Assembly: GCA_965216935.1 (NCBI GenBank)
Contig: OZ244217.1
Location: 3,597,565-3,661,564, forward strand
DNA: 64,000 nt
Origin: Acidobacteriota bacterium
GTDB lineage: Bacteria > Acidobacteriota > UBA890
Direction of reading: 5' to 3'
Under the pieces are notes generated by a model. It saw only the letters and a program-made list of their open reading frames with translations, did not search any database and had not been told where the DNA came from. Positions 8,113 through 17,499 of the stretch are shown piece after piece. The translations under genes were made by a program, and so were the position numbers. The first letter of the stretch is position 1. Each line of letters starts with the position of its first letter.

Positions 8113-10323
8113 CTACCCCCAGCTCAGATCGTGATTCGTGATCGGCAGTGAGCGCACGCGCTTGCCGGTCGCGGCGAAGATCGCGTTGCAGAGCGCCGCC
8201 GGCGCCGGCGGCAACGCCGGTTCGCCGAGGCCGCTGGGCGGGAAGTCCGTCTTCAGGAAATGCACGTCCACCGGTGGTGATTCGCGAAGCGTGAGCAGGA
8301 AGAAGTTGTTGAAGTTCCCCTGCCGCGTGCGACCGCCGCGGAAGGTGATTTCCTGATACAGCGCCTGCCCCAACCCATCGAGCACGGCGCCTTGCACCTG
8401 GTTCTCGGCATTCAGCGGATTGATGATCTGGCTGCCGACATCGCCTACGGCCCACACCTGGTCGACGGTGACTTCCCCGTCCCGCGCGACCGTCGCCTGG
8501 ATCACCTCGGCGAAGTAGCCTCGGTGGCTGTAGTGGAAGGCGACGCCCTTCGCTGTGCCGTCGGGCAGCGGCTCGCCCCACCCCGACCGCTCGCCGACCG
8601 CTGCCACTACCGCCCGCATACGCGCCGCATCCAGCTGGGTCTCTGCTCCCGACGCGACGGCCTGATCGAGCAGATCGAGGCGTACCTGCAGCGGATCCTT
8701 ACCGGCGGTATGTGCCAGCTCGTCGATGAAGCATTGAATGACGAAGGCGATCGCGTTGCTCGTCGGCGCGCGTAGCGCACCGGTGGGGATGCCCAGCGGC
8801 ATCCGCGAGGTCACGAGCGAAAAGTTCGGGATGAAGCCCTGCGGGAACTCCCGGTCGCGCAAGCCGGCGCTGGCGGAAAACCGCCCTCCCTGGCCGTACG
8901 AGACGAAATGATTGTGCCAGCCGACGATCCCTCCGTCGGCATCGACGGCGCCCTTGAGAAAGTGGAAGCCACCGGGGCGGTAGGGGTCGTGCTGCATGTC
9001 GTCCTCACGCGTCCACACCAGCTTGACGGGAAAGTCCACCTCGCTGGCGATGCGCGCCGCCTCGACAACCGGGTCGTTGTAGAGCCGGCGGCCGAAACCG
9101 CCGCCCATGCGCGTCAGATGCAGGGTGACGTCGCTCTCGGCAATGCCGAGGGTCTCCGCGCACTGACCGCGTGCCCCCTCCGGCGTCTGCGTGGGCGCCC
9201 ACAGCTCGAGCTTGCCGTTGCTGAAGTGGGCGGTGCAGTTCTGTGGCTCGAGCGGAGCGTGGGCGATGAACGGATAGGAGTAGGCGGCCTCGATCACGTC
9301 CGCTGCGGCCGCGGCGGCGGTTTCGAAGTCCCCGTCGGCACGGAGGGACTCCTCCGGAGGCTGCTGCGCCAGCTCCTCGGCACGCGCCGCAAACCCCTCG
9401 CTGCTGTGCTCCGCGGACGGCCCCTCGTCCCATGTCACCTCGAGCTGCCCGCGCGCCTGCTGCGCCGCCCACCAGGTGTCGGCGATGATCGCGACGCCGC
9501 TCTGCAGGGCGTCCAGCGGCGAATCGCCGCCCTCGATGACGAAAGCATGGCTAACGCCGGGGGCGGCGCGAACCGCATCGAGATTGGCGGACATCACCTT
9601 GCCGCCAAAAACCGGGCACTTCTCGAACACGGCGTACTTCATACCCGGCACGTCGACGTCGATACCGAACAACGGCTTGCCGGTGACAATCGCGTCGTTG
9701 TCGACGCCGGCGATCGGCGTGCCGATGATGCGGAAGTCCCCGGGGTCTTTGAGCGAAACGCTGTCCGGTTCGGGTACCGGGCGCCCGGCGGCGTCCTCGG
9801 CCAGCTCACCATAGGTGTGGCTCCGGCCGCTGGCGCGGTGGTGCACCACGCCGGCCTCGGTTTCGAGCTCCGACGCCGGAACACCCAAACGGTCCGACGC
9901 CGCCGACAGGAGCATGGCCCGAGCCGTCGCACCGGCGCGGCGCATCGACTCGTAGTGCATCGGCGTGGCGGTGCTTCCGCCGGCGAACTGGCCTCTGTAC
10001 AGATCGGTATCGAGCCCGGCCTGCTCGACGCTCACCTGATCCCACGACACGTCCAGCTCCTCGGCGATCAGCATCGGAAGCATGGTCTTGACGCCCTGCC
10101 CGATCTCGGGGTTCTGGGCGATGATGGTCACCGGGCCGTCCGGCATGATGCGGACGAACGCGGTAAGGATCGTCTCGGCCTGCGCGACACCGGCGTTCGC
10201 CCCTGCATCGGGCACGGAGAGACGTGCTCCGAGGAGGAAACCTCCGCCGGCGAGGGCGGAGACGCTGAGGAACTGGCGACGGCTGAGGTCGGACTTGGCG
10301 TTTTCGTTCGTCGTCACGGTCAC
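8113..10323 (-). CDS. molybdopterin-binding large subunit of a xanthine dehydrogenase-family hydroxylase (IorB / aldehyde dehydrogenase beta-subunit-like), Tat-exported
   Basis: A GTG start preceded by AAGGAGG. The Tat signal is SRRQFLSVSALAGGGFLLGARLS. Its 736 aa carry aldehyde-oxidase/xanthine-dehydrogenase Mo-binding motifs. The ORF-track N-terminal extension was rejected. Confidence 0.8.
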   Translation of the reverse strand: MTVTTNENAKSDLSRRQFLSVSALAGGGFLLGARLSVPDAGANAGVAQAETILTAFVRIMPDGPVTIIAQNPEIGQGVKTMLPMLIAEELDVSWDQVSVEQAGLDTDLYRGQFAGGSTATPMHYESMRRAGATARAMLLSAASDRLGVPASELETEAGVVHHRASGRSHTYGELAEDAAGRPVPEPDSVSLKDPGDFRIIGTPIAGVDNDAIVTGKPLFGIDVDVPGMKYAVFEKCPVFGGKVMSANLDAVRAAPGVSHAFVIEGGDSPLDALQSGVAIIADTWWAAQQARGQLEVTWDEGPSAEHSSEGFAARAEELAQQPPEESLRADGDFETAAAAAADVIEAAYSYPFIAHAPLEPQNCTAHFSNGKLELWAPTQTPEGARGQCAETLGIAESDVTLHLTRMGGGFGRRLYNDPVVEAARIASEVDFPVKLVWTREDDMQHDPYRPGGFHFLKGAVDADGGIVGWHNHFVSYGQGGRFSASAGLRDREFPQGFIPNFSLVTSRMPLGIPTGALRAPTSNAIAFVIQCFIDELAHTAGKDPLQVRLDLLDQAVASGAETQLDAARMRAVVAAVGERSGWGEPLPDGTAKGVAFHYSHRGYFAEVIQATVARDGEVTVDQVWAVGDVGSQIINPLNAENQVQGAVLDGLGQALYQEITFRGGRTRQGNFNNFFLLTLRESPPVDVHFLKTDFPPSGLGEPALPPAPAALCNAIFAATGKRVRSLPITNHDLSWG

Positions 10324-10333
10324 GATCCCCTCC

Positions 10334-10840
10334 TTACTTTCCGCCGGCCGGCGCGGTTTCGCGTCGGCTCGCGCTGGAGTCCGTGGAGGACTGGATCTCG
10401 GCCGCCCGATGGACCGCGGCGCGGATGCGGGTGTACGTCGCACAGCGACACAGGTTCCGGATCCCCTGGTCGATCTGCTCGTCGCTCGGACGAGGATTCT
10501 CGTCGAGGAAAGCCGCCGTCGCCATGATCTGTCCGGCCTGACAGTAGCCGCACTGAGGCACGTCGATCTCCTGCCAGGCGAGCTGCACCGGGTGGGTACC
10601 GTCGAGCGAGAGGCCCTCAACCGTGGTGACGTTTCCGCCCGCGATACTCGATACCGGCATCCGGCAGGTGCGCTGCGCCCTGCCGTCGACGATGACGGTG
10701 CAGGCGCCACAGAGCGACGCTCCACAGCCGAACTTCGTGCCTTTCATATCGAGGACGTCGCGGAGCACCCAGAGCACCGGCATGTCGGGCGGGACGTCGA
10801 CCGTGGTGGGATTGCCGTTGAGCTGGAAACTAATCTCCAT
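10334..10840 (-). CDS. (2Fe-2S)-binding small subunit of the Mo hydroxylase (IorA-like)
   Basis: Cysteine motifs CGASLCGACTV and CGYCQAG...CRCATY in 168 aa. Confidence 0.85.
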   Translation of the reverse strand: MEISFQLNGNPTTVDVPPDMPVLWVLRDVLDMKGTKFGCGASLCGACTVIVDGRAQRTCRMPVSSIAGGNVTTVEGLSLDGTHPVQLAWQEIDVPQCGYCQAGQIMATAAFLDENPRPSDEQIDQGIRNLCRCATYTRIRAAVHRAAEIQSSTDSSASRRETAPAGGK

Positions 10841-11107
10841 GAACAGGGCCTCCGTGGGTCGTCAATGGAATGTCGTCGCACGGGGAGACTAGCAACTCTC
10901 GGGCCGAAACGGGACCCTACGGCGCTCTACCGCGCCCGCGGCTCTACCCGCGTGTCGCGCGCCGGTTATGCCTCTCGCGCTCGAACCGTACGGCGACCTC
11001 GTCCAGACTGGCGTCGGTACGGCCGATGTGGGCGCGTGCGACCGTAGGATCGCGGCCGCGCTCACCCGGGCTCGGCGAAGCGCGTCCGGCCGGCACCGGC
11101 CTGCCGC

Positions 11108-11572
11108 CTATCGCTGCGGCAAGAACGTGCCGTTGTTGAGGCTCCAGACGTAGGCAGCCAGCGCGCCGACATCCTCGAACTCGAGGTCCATCCCTCCCCC
11201 GGGATTCATCTGGAATCGGCGGTTCGGGTCGGCGAAATCCCGGCGACGCACGCCCCAGAAGATCGTGTCGAAAACGTTCTCGAGGCTACCGTCTCCTTGT
11301 ACCCATTCGGTATCTGTCAGGTCGGGACCCAGGTTGCCGCCACTACCACCCTCGCCGTGACAGTTGGCGCACGAGCCTTCGGCGAACAGCTCCTGGCCGC
11401 GGCGGATCATGCGTGCCCAGCGCTGCACCTGGTCGCGTTCCATCCAGCGGGTTACTTCGGCGGGAAGCTCGACGGCTTGCTGCTGTGCCCCGGCATCGGC
11501 GATGAAGGCTGCGCCGAAGGCGAGGATCACCGCGACCAATAGCGCAGCTCGGAATCGGAGTTTGTGGATCAT
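11108..11572 (-). CDS. class I c-type cytochrome (probable electron-acceptor subunit of the Mo hydroxylase)
   Basis: Signal peptide plus a single CANCH haem-binding motif. It is the first gene of the co-directional cytochrome c, FeS and Mo subunit set. Confidence 0.7.
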   Translation of the reverse strand: MIHKLRFRAALLVAVILAFGAAFIADAGAQQQAVELPAEVTRWMERDQVQRWARMIRRGQELFAEGSCANCHGEGGSGGNLGPDLTDTEWVQGDGSLENVFDTIFWGVRRRDFADPNRRFQMNPGGGMDLEFEDVGALAAYVWSLNNGTFLPQR

Positions 11573-11625
11573 CTCGGGCCTCTGATCATTTCGGTCCTCT
11601 CGCTCGAAGGCCTCACCCGCTCCAT

Positions 11626-11658
11626 GTCACGTGGACGGGCCGTGTCACGTGGACGGGC
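11626..11658 (+). promoter_or_regulatory. direct repeat 2 x GTCACGTGGACGGGC (3-nt spacer) in the divergent promoter region
   Basis: Read from sequence. It lies 54-86 nt upstream of the cytochrome c start and ~180 nt upstream of the histidine kinase. Each unit contains a CACGTG palindrome. Confidence 0.4.
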
Positions 11659-11840
11659 GAAACGGTGATCTCGGTGTGCGGCGGCGGAGCCTGCCGCCGC
11701 CGCACCCGGGGCCCGCAAGAGCCCCGTTCGAGCCATGACGACGACGCTACCCGCATTCCCGTTCGCCGAGGTGGTGCCTCCGCAAGCGGCCCGCAAGGGG
11801 TTCGTGCGCGAAATGTCAGCGAGTTGTCAGAATTGCCGCC

Positions 11841-13493
11841 ATGAAAGGCCCGATGGCGGGAGATCGCTGTTTCCCACCGGCGGGCCCGGCTATCGTTTGG
11901 GACATGTCCACTTCTGCGGACAATGGCTCGCGCCGACCTCTGATCATCGTCTGCTTGGCGGCGGCGCTCGTGCTGGTGGTTGCGCTCGGCTACGAAGCCG
12001 TTACCGCGGCGCGTGCGCAGCGCGATGCGGTCGAGGGCGTGCTGCAGGACTACGCGGCGCTGGCAGCCGATCAGTACGCCCGCAACGTCGCCGTCACGCT
12101 CGAATACGAGTGGTTTCTGCCCGCGCAGCGCTTGCTGGCGGCATACGATTTCGAGGCCGGCCAACCGCCCACCGGGGACGCCCCGCTGAAGGGCCAGCGC
12201 AACGAGTACGTCCTGGCCGACGTCATCGGCTCCCTGTACAGGCTCGATCTCGACAACGGCGAGATCAAGACACTGGACCTCGGGGCCGAAACACCGGACT
12301 CGTGGCTGCGGGACGCCGTCCGCACGCATGCCGACACGCTCTCTTCGAGCGAGTGGCCCTACACCGCCTTCCTGCAGCACACGAGCGATCTCGAGTTGCT
12401 GTTGGTGTACCGGCGCGAAAGCGGCGGGACCGTGCTCTCCGGCTTCGCCGCCGAGGCCGAGACGTTGCACCGGTTCCTTGCCGACGCCGTCGAGATCTAC
12501 GACCTCCTGCCGGCCACGCTCACCGACGATTCGGGCACCGCCGATCTGGTCCACGTGCGTGTGATCGACCAGCGCGGCCAGACCCGCTTTGCTCACGGCC
12601 CGGAGGGTGAAGCGTCGATCAGCGCCACGGCAGAGCTCCCGCCATACCACGCCGGCCTGCGCGTCGTCGCGTCCATCCCCGCATCGTCCGCCGGGCGATT
12701 GGTCGTGGGCGGGCTCCCCTACTCCCGCCTGCCCATTATCGCCGGGCTGCTCGCCATCACCTTCGCCTTGCTCGGAATCGGTGTCGTGCTGTGGCGCCGG
12801 GAGCAGGAACTGGTGGACCTGCGGGAACAGTTCGTCGCCGGAGCATCGCACGAGCTGCGAACCCCGCTTGCACAGATCAGGATGTTCGCCGAAACCTTGC
12901 GGCTGGAGCGGGTGCGCAACCCCGAGGAACAGCGACGCTCGCTCGACATCATCGACCGTGAAGCTCGACGGTTGGCGGTGCTGGTCGACAACCTGCTCCA
13001 GTTCTCCAGCTCTTCCGGAAGGGAGCAGCGCTTCGTGCCCGAGCGCGCCGACCTCTGCTCGCTCGCCAAAGACGTGGTCGACGGCTTTCGTCCCCTGTCT
13101 GCTGCTGCGGCAACCCGCATCGAGTTGATCGGCGCCGACCGTATCGAAGCTCGCATCGACCGAGACATGTTCCGGCAGATGCTCGTCAACCTGCTCGACA
13201 ACGCGATCAAGTACGGCCCCGAGGGGCAGACCGTTACAGTGGATATCTCCGCCAATGGCGACCAGGCACGCGTCGCGGTCACCGACCAGGGTCCCGGCGT
13301 GCCGGTCGGTGAGCGTTCGCTGGTCTGGCAGCGTTTCTGGCGCGGGCCCCACAACGTGGGCGTGACGGGAACCGGCATCGGCCTGGCGCTCGTCCGCGAG
13401 CTCGTCGAGCTGCACGGCGGGACGGTAGGTGTGAGCGACGGGGACGACGGAGGCGCGCGGTTCGAGCTGCGCCTGCCGCGGGAGAGCGCCTGA
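11841..13493 (+). CDS. sensor histidine kinase (HisKA + HATPase_c) with N-terminal TM/periplasmic region
   Basis: H-box ASHELRTPL, N-box LLDNAIKYGPEG, and G2 box GTGIGLALVRELVELHGG. The stop overlaps the response-regulator ATG. Confidence 0.85.
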   Translation: MKGPMAGDRCFPPAGPAIVWDMSTSADNGSRRPLIIVCLAAALVLVVALGYEAVTAARAQRDAVEGVLQDYAALAADQYARNVAVTLEYEWFLPAQRLLAAYDFEAGQPPTGDAPLKGQRNEYVLADVIGSLYRLDLDNGEIKTLDLGAETPDSWLRDAVRTHADTLSSSEWPYTAFLQHTSDLELLLVYRRESGGTVLSGFAAEAETLHRFLADAVEIYDLLPATLTDDSGTADLVHVRVIDQRGQTRFAHGPEGEASISATAELPPYHAGLRVVASIPASSAGRLVVGGLPYSRLPIIAGLLAITFALLGIGVVLWRREQELVDLREQFVAGASHELRTPLAQIRMFAETLRLERVRNPEEQRRSLDIIDREARRLAVLVDNLLQFSSSSGREQRFVPERADLCSLAKDVVDGFRPLSAAAATRIELIGADRIEARIDRDMFRQMLVNLLDNAIKYGPEGQTVTVDISANGDQARVAVTDQGPGVPVGERSLVWQRFWRGPHNVGVTGTGIGLALVRELVELHGGTVGVSDGDDGGARFELRLPRESA

Positions 13494-14203
13494 TGGCCCG
13501 CATCCTGATCGTCGAAGACAACCCGGACCTGGCGTACGGGCTGCGCAACAACCTCGAGATCGAGGGGCACGAGGTCGAAGTCGCGGCCGACGGCGAGGAA
13601 GGACTGCGCCGCGCGCTGGGCGCGTCGGAGGACAACGACCTGATCGTCCTCGACCTCATGCTCCCCAAGCTCGACGGGTTCCACGTCCTGCGCGAGCTGC
13701 GTGCCGCCCAGATCGCGACTCCGGTGCTGATACTCACGGCCCGGGGCGAAGAGTCCGACGTCGTTCGCGGTCTGCGAGTGGGAGCCGATGACTACGTCAC
13801 CAAACCGTTCGGCATCCTCGAGCTGCTCGCCCGCGTCGAAGCCCTGCTGCGGCGCGCGGCACCGGCTACCGGCGACAAGGCGGCGCGGTTCGAGACGTTC
13901 GGCGACGTGCACATCGATCGGGCGGCGCGCTCGGTACGTCGCGGCGATCGAGCCCTGGCGCTCACGCCCAAAGAGTTCGACCTGCTTGTCGCCCTCGTCG
14001 AACGCGACGGCGCCGTCGCCACCCGCGTCGAGCTCATCCGCGAGGTGTGGGGCTATCCCGGCTCCGTCGTCACGCGCACGGTCGATACCCACGTCGCCGA
14101 GCTCCGCCGGAAGATCGAGGATAATCCGTCGGAGCCTCGCTACATTCTCACGGTCCCGCGGGTCGGCTATCGTCTCGAACGGCAACCGACGACGCGGGAC
14201 TGA
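13493..14203 (+). CDS. OmpR/PhoB-family response regulator
   Basis: Receiver domain MARILIVEDNPDLAYGL...DLMLPKLDG and winged-helix C-terminus TVPRVGYRLE. Confidence 0.9.
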   Translation: MARILIVEDNPDLAYGLRNNLEIEGHEVEVAADGEEGLRRALGASEDNDLIVLDLMLPKLDGFHVLRELRAAQIATPVLILTARGEESDVVRGLRVGADDYVTKPFGILELLARVEALLRRAAPATGDKAARFETFGDVHIDRAARSVRRGDRALALTPKEFDLLVALVERDGAVATRVELIREVWGYPGSVVTRTVDTHVAELRRKIEDNPSEPRYILTVPRVGYRLERQPTTRD

Positions 14204-14286
14204 GCGGCGACAGCGGCGATGGCGATGGCGATGCCGATGCCGGCGGCAACCTCCGCCACACGGTCCGGCAGTTCTCTTCCAGCCGC

Positions 14287-16932
14287 TCAGCGCTGGCGGA
14301 GCGCCTCGCCCGGGTCGATCGTTGCAACGCGTCTCGCCGGCAACCAGCTCGCCGCGAAGCTGACCGTCAAGAGCACGACCGTGACCCCGCCGACGACGGC
14401 TCCGTCCGCAACGCTGACGCCGAATACGAGCGGCTCGGCGGCCCGGCCCGCCATCCACGCCAGACCGGCGCCGACAGCTGCACCCGCGGCGCTCAGCAGC
14501 AATGAGCGCACGATCACCATCCGCTGCAGAGTGCCTCCGGTGGCGCCCAACGCCATCCGTATTCCCAGCTCGCCGCGCCGCGCCCTCACCGAATAGGCCA
14601 GCACGCCGAACAGGCCCAGCCCCGAGAGACCGGCGGCCGCGCCGGCGAGCGTCATCAGGACGACCATGGCGAGCCGCGGGACGCCGACCGCATCGGCGAC
14701 CACGGTATCGAGAGCGGCGATGCGATCGACCGGCTGCTGTGCATCGACGGACCAGATGGCCCGGCGCACCGGCTCGATCATCTGCTCCGGCTGCGCCTGC
14801 GCGCGAACGAAGACGGCCATGTTCGGGCGTGGATCGCGATGATACGGGACGTAGAACACCGGCGGTGCGGGCTGTCGCACACCGCGTCGCAGCACGTCGC
14901 CCACAACCCCGACGATCGTCGCCTCTCCGTAGCTCCTCTTGTGAATCAGAACGCGAGCTCCGATGGCGTCTCCGTCCGGATAGTGGCGGCGAACAAAGGC
15001 CTCGTTGACGATGACGACCGTGGCGACGTTCTCGAAATCGCTCCGTTGAAAGCCCCGCCCGGCGACGATCTCCACGCCCGCGGCGGCGAAATACCCTTCG
15101 CTGACCCGACGCCACTCCTCGCGTAGCCCCTGCCCCGGCGGCGGAGGCGGGCGATCGAGCAGCGAGATCCCCTCGAAATCGTCTTCGGCCTGCAGCGGTA
15201 CGTAGTCGTTGACCCCGACGGCCACGACTCCGGGGACCTCCTCGATCCCGTCGAGGAGGCGGCGGAAATGGACCGCGCGCTCGGTCGCGTCCCGGTCATC
15301 GAGATCTCCGGTGTACAGCGTGAGCACGCCCTCGGGGTCCAGCCCCGTCTCGACGGCGAAAAGGTTGCGTACGGTGCCGAATGCCAGCAATCCCACGACC
15401 AGTAGCAGGGTAGCGAACGCGACCTGCGCGGCGACGAAGAGGTCGTGAGCCCGCCGCGCCGGCGCCGCGACGGAACGAGACCGATCGACCGAGGCAAGCG
15501 CACCCCCCGGCTTGCGCGCCGTAGCGCCGAGCACAGCCGTCAACGAGCCCGCCAGCACGATGATCGCGGTGACGGCAACAGCAAACACTGCCGCACGCAC
15601 GTTGAAATCCGCTCGAAAGCTCACCACCTGGGCCGCCGACCCCGGGATCGCCACGAACGGCGGCGCCATCCCCGGTAAGAATCGCAGCCCGGCGATCGCC
15701 GCGACAACGCCGAGCGCCCCGCCAATCCCGCAGACCACGACGACCTCGGTCACCAGGCGACGAGCGATCCGCCAGAATCCGGCGCCGAGGGACGACTCTA
15801 TCGCTACGTTCGCCCGCTCGGATGTTGCATGGACGAGAAACAATCCGGCCACGTTGGCCGCCGCTACCAGGACCATCGCACCGACGGCCACTGCCAACGA
15901 GAGGAGAACCGGACGAACGGCCTCGGTCACGGTTTCGTGGAGCGGCTCGACGGCAACGGTCCAGCCCGTGAGCCGCGGATCCTCCTGGCGAATGCGCTGC
16001 ATGACCCCTTCGAGCTCGACGGAAGCCTGGTCGATCGTGGCCCCGCGGCGAAGCAGTCCCACAATCCAATAGTCGTACGAGGTGCGGTTGTACGTGGCGA
16101 GCTCGTCGTCGTATAGCGGGACGAACAGCTCGGCCCGCGCGGCGAACACGAAGTCTTCCGGCAGCACGCCGACGACGGTGACGAAGCCGTCGTTGGTCTG
16201 GAGCCGGCTTCCGATCGCTTCCGGCGCGGCCCCGAATCGTTCACGCCACGCCGCGTGCGTGATGACAGCGACCGGCTCCGAGCCACTGAGGCCGTCACGT
16301 CGGACGAATGTGCGCCCCACCGCGGCGTCGACGCCGAGAACGTCGAAGAACTCCCACGTCGCGGTGAGCGTCGGCACGACCCGCGGTCGATCCTCCTCGA
16401 GAAGAGTGATGTCATCCGGTTTGATCGCCGCCATGTGTTCGAAGGTGGCACCGCCCGCCCGCAGGTCGATGTAGTTCGATCCGGAGACCACGTCTCGAAG
16501 CTGGCCGTTCTGTGCGTTCCGTCCCCAGACGATGACGGTGCGTTCCGGGTCCGCGTGGGGCGATGACCGCAACAGCGTGCCGTCGACGACTGCAAACGCC
16601 AGCGTAGCGGCGGTTACCGCGAGCGCCGCCACCGCGCCGACCGTGGCGGCGAACCCCGGCCGGCGCCGTAGCGAGCGCGTCCCGAGACGCAGGTCACGAC
16701 CCCAACCGGCAAACGGTGCAGCCCTCGCCCGCCTCTCGGCAACGCCGTGGCGCAACGCCCCGAAAAATGCCAAGGCGACGAAGGTCCCGCGGCGCAGCCA
16801 GCCTCCGGCCTCGGAGAGACCCGCTTCGAACGTGGCAACCAACTCGTCACGATACCGGCTGCGAAAGTCCGCCGGATAGAGCACCAACACCCGCTCATAC
16901 AGGGTGGCGAGCCGCCTCCCGCTCCTGGTCAT
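14287..16932 (-). CDS. ADOP-family ABC transporter permease (duplicated FtsX/MacB-type permease with N-terminal permease-prefix domain)
   Basis: N-terminal LYERVLVLYPADFRSRYRDELVATFEA prefix motif, two FtsX-like 4-TM modules, and 881 aa. The stop/start overlap with the upstream PadR is ATGA. Confidence 0.8.
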   Translation of the reverse strand: MTRSGRRLATLYERVLVLYPADFRSRYRDELVATFEAGLSEAGGWLRRGTFVALAFFGALRHGVAERRARAAPFAGWGRDLRLGTRSLRRRPGFAATVGAVAALAVTAATLAFAVVDGTLLRSSPHADPERTVIVWGRNAQNGQLRDVVSGSNYIDLRAGGATFEHMAAIKPDDITLLEEDRPRVVPTLTATWEFFDVLGVDAAVGRTFVRRDGLSGSEPVAVITHAAWRERFGAAPEAIGSRLQTNDGFVTVVGVLPEDFVFAARAELFVPLYDDELATYNRTSYDYWIVGLLRRGATIDQASVELEGVMQRIRQEDPRLTGWTVAVEPLHETVTEAVRPVLLSLAVAVGAMVLVAAANVAGLFLVHATSERANVAIESSLGAGFWRIARRLVTEVVVVCGIGGALGVVAAIAGLRFLPGMAPPFVAIPGSAAQVVSFRADFNVRAAVFAVAVTAIIVLAGSLTAVLGATARKPGGALASVDRSRSVAAPARRAHDLFVAAQVAFATLLLVVGLLAFGTVRNLFAVETGLDPEGVLTLYTGDLDDRDATERAVHFRRLLDGIEEVPGVVAVGVNDYVPLQAEDDFEGISLLDRPPPPPGQGLREEWRRVSEGYFAAAGVEIVAGRGFQRSDFENVATVVIVNEAFVRRHYPDGDAIGARVLIHKRSYGEATIVGVVGDVLRRGVRQPAPPVFYVPYHRDPRPNMAVFVRAQAQPEQMIEPVRRAIWSVDAQQPVDRIAALDTVVADAVGVPRLAMVVLMTLAGAAAGLSGLGLFGVLAYSVRARRGELGIRMALGATGGTLQRMVIVRSLLLSAAGAAVGAGLAWMAGRAAEPLVFGVSVADGAVVGGVTVVLLTVSFAASWLPARRVATIDPGEALRQR

Positions 16933-17288
16933 CGCGGGTCCGATCCCGGCTCCGCCATCGCCAGCGTCCCGAGAAGCTCGCGCTGACGAAGGGCCTCTGC
17001 GGCCAAGACTTCGGCACCGAAGTCGGTCAACCGGTAGTAGCGTCGCCGCGCGTCTTGCGGATCGACGTGCTCCGGCGCGTCGCGGACGACGCCCTGCTCG
17101 GCGAGGCGCGCCAGCGTGCGATACAGGAGCCCGGCATCCATTCGCATGGCCCCATCCGTGCGCTCGCGCATCTGCTTCAGGATGCCGTAGCCGTGGCAGG
17201 GCCCGTCGTTCAGGATTGCGAGGATCATGAAGACACGTGGCTTGAGCGGAAGCAGCGCGCCTACGTCGATTTGTGATGCATTTTGCAT
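16929..17288 (-). CDS. PadR-family transcriptional regulator
   Basis: VFMILAILNDGPCHGYGILKQMRERT is the PadR winged-helix signature. The start could be ATG at 17288 or 17303. Confidence 0.8.
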   Translation of the reverse strand: MQNASQIDVGALLPLKPRVFMILAILNDGPCHGYGILKQMRERTDGAMRMDAGLLYRTLARLAEQGVVRDAPEHVDPQDARRRYYRLTDFGAEVLAAEALRQRELLGTLAMAEPGSDPR

Positions 17289-17306
17289 ATATGCATTATG
17301 CATAGC
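17274..17306 (+). promoter_or_regulatory. AT-rich palindrome cluster TGATGCATTTTGCATATATGCATTATGCATAG (perfect 12-nt palindrome TGCATATATGCA) overlapping the padR initiation region
   Basis: Read from sequence. It is an island of low GC in a 68% GC background. Confidence 0.3.
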
Positions 17307-17440
17307 ACAAAACCCGCGGTCAACTTGTCGAGAGCATCGTCACCGGAACGAACGAAATGATCGCGAAAATCCCCGCGTTCAGGGGAAGAGGTCGGCTACC
17401 TCGACCACGGCGGCTGGCTCGTCAGCACGCTTTTCGCCAA

Positions 17441-17484
17441 CCCAGGGATGTGCTACCCAGGGATGCTACCCAGGGATGCTGTAG
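17441..17484 (+). repeat. three tandem copies of CCAGGGATG(T)GCTAC immediately 3' of the small repeat-protein gene
   Basis: cccagggatgtgctac / ccagggatgctac / ccagggatgctgtag, read directly. Confidence 0.5.
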
Positions 17485-17499
17485 GCACGGTGGTCCCCT

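Noticed and set aside
10841-11107. Small ORF 10870..11139 (+) in the cytochrome c / FeS subunit gap
   Set aside because: It is a plus-strand ORF inside a minus-strand operon with Arg/Ser/Pro-rich composition and no RBS, so it is probably non-coding. The gap is flagged instead as a possible regulatory or sRNA region.
8908-15115. Long antisense ORFs such as 8908..10527 (+), 11613..13415 (-) and 12719..15115 (-)
   Set aside because: Their composition is Arg/Ala/Pro-rich, as expected for high-GC antisense frames. They overlap well-supported genes (Mo hydroxylase, histidine kinase, response regulator, permease).
17441-17484. Possible CRISPR array among the short tandem or direct repeats (17441-17484, 11626-11658, 63271-63330)
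   Set aside because: Each has only two or three units with no unique spacers of CRISPR length, and there are no cas genes. They are simple tandem or direct repeats.
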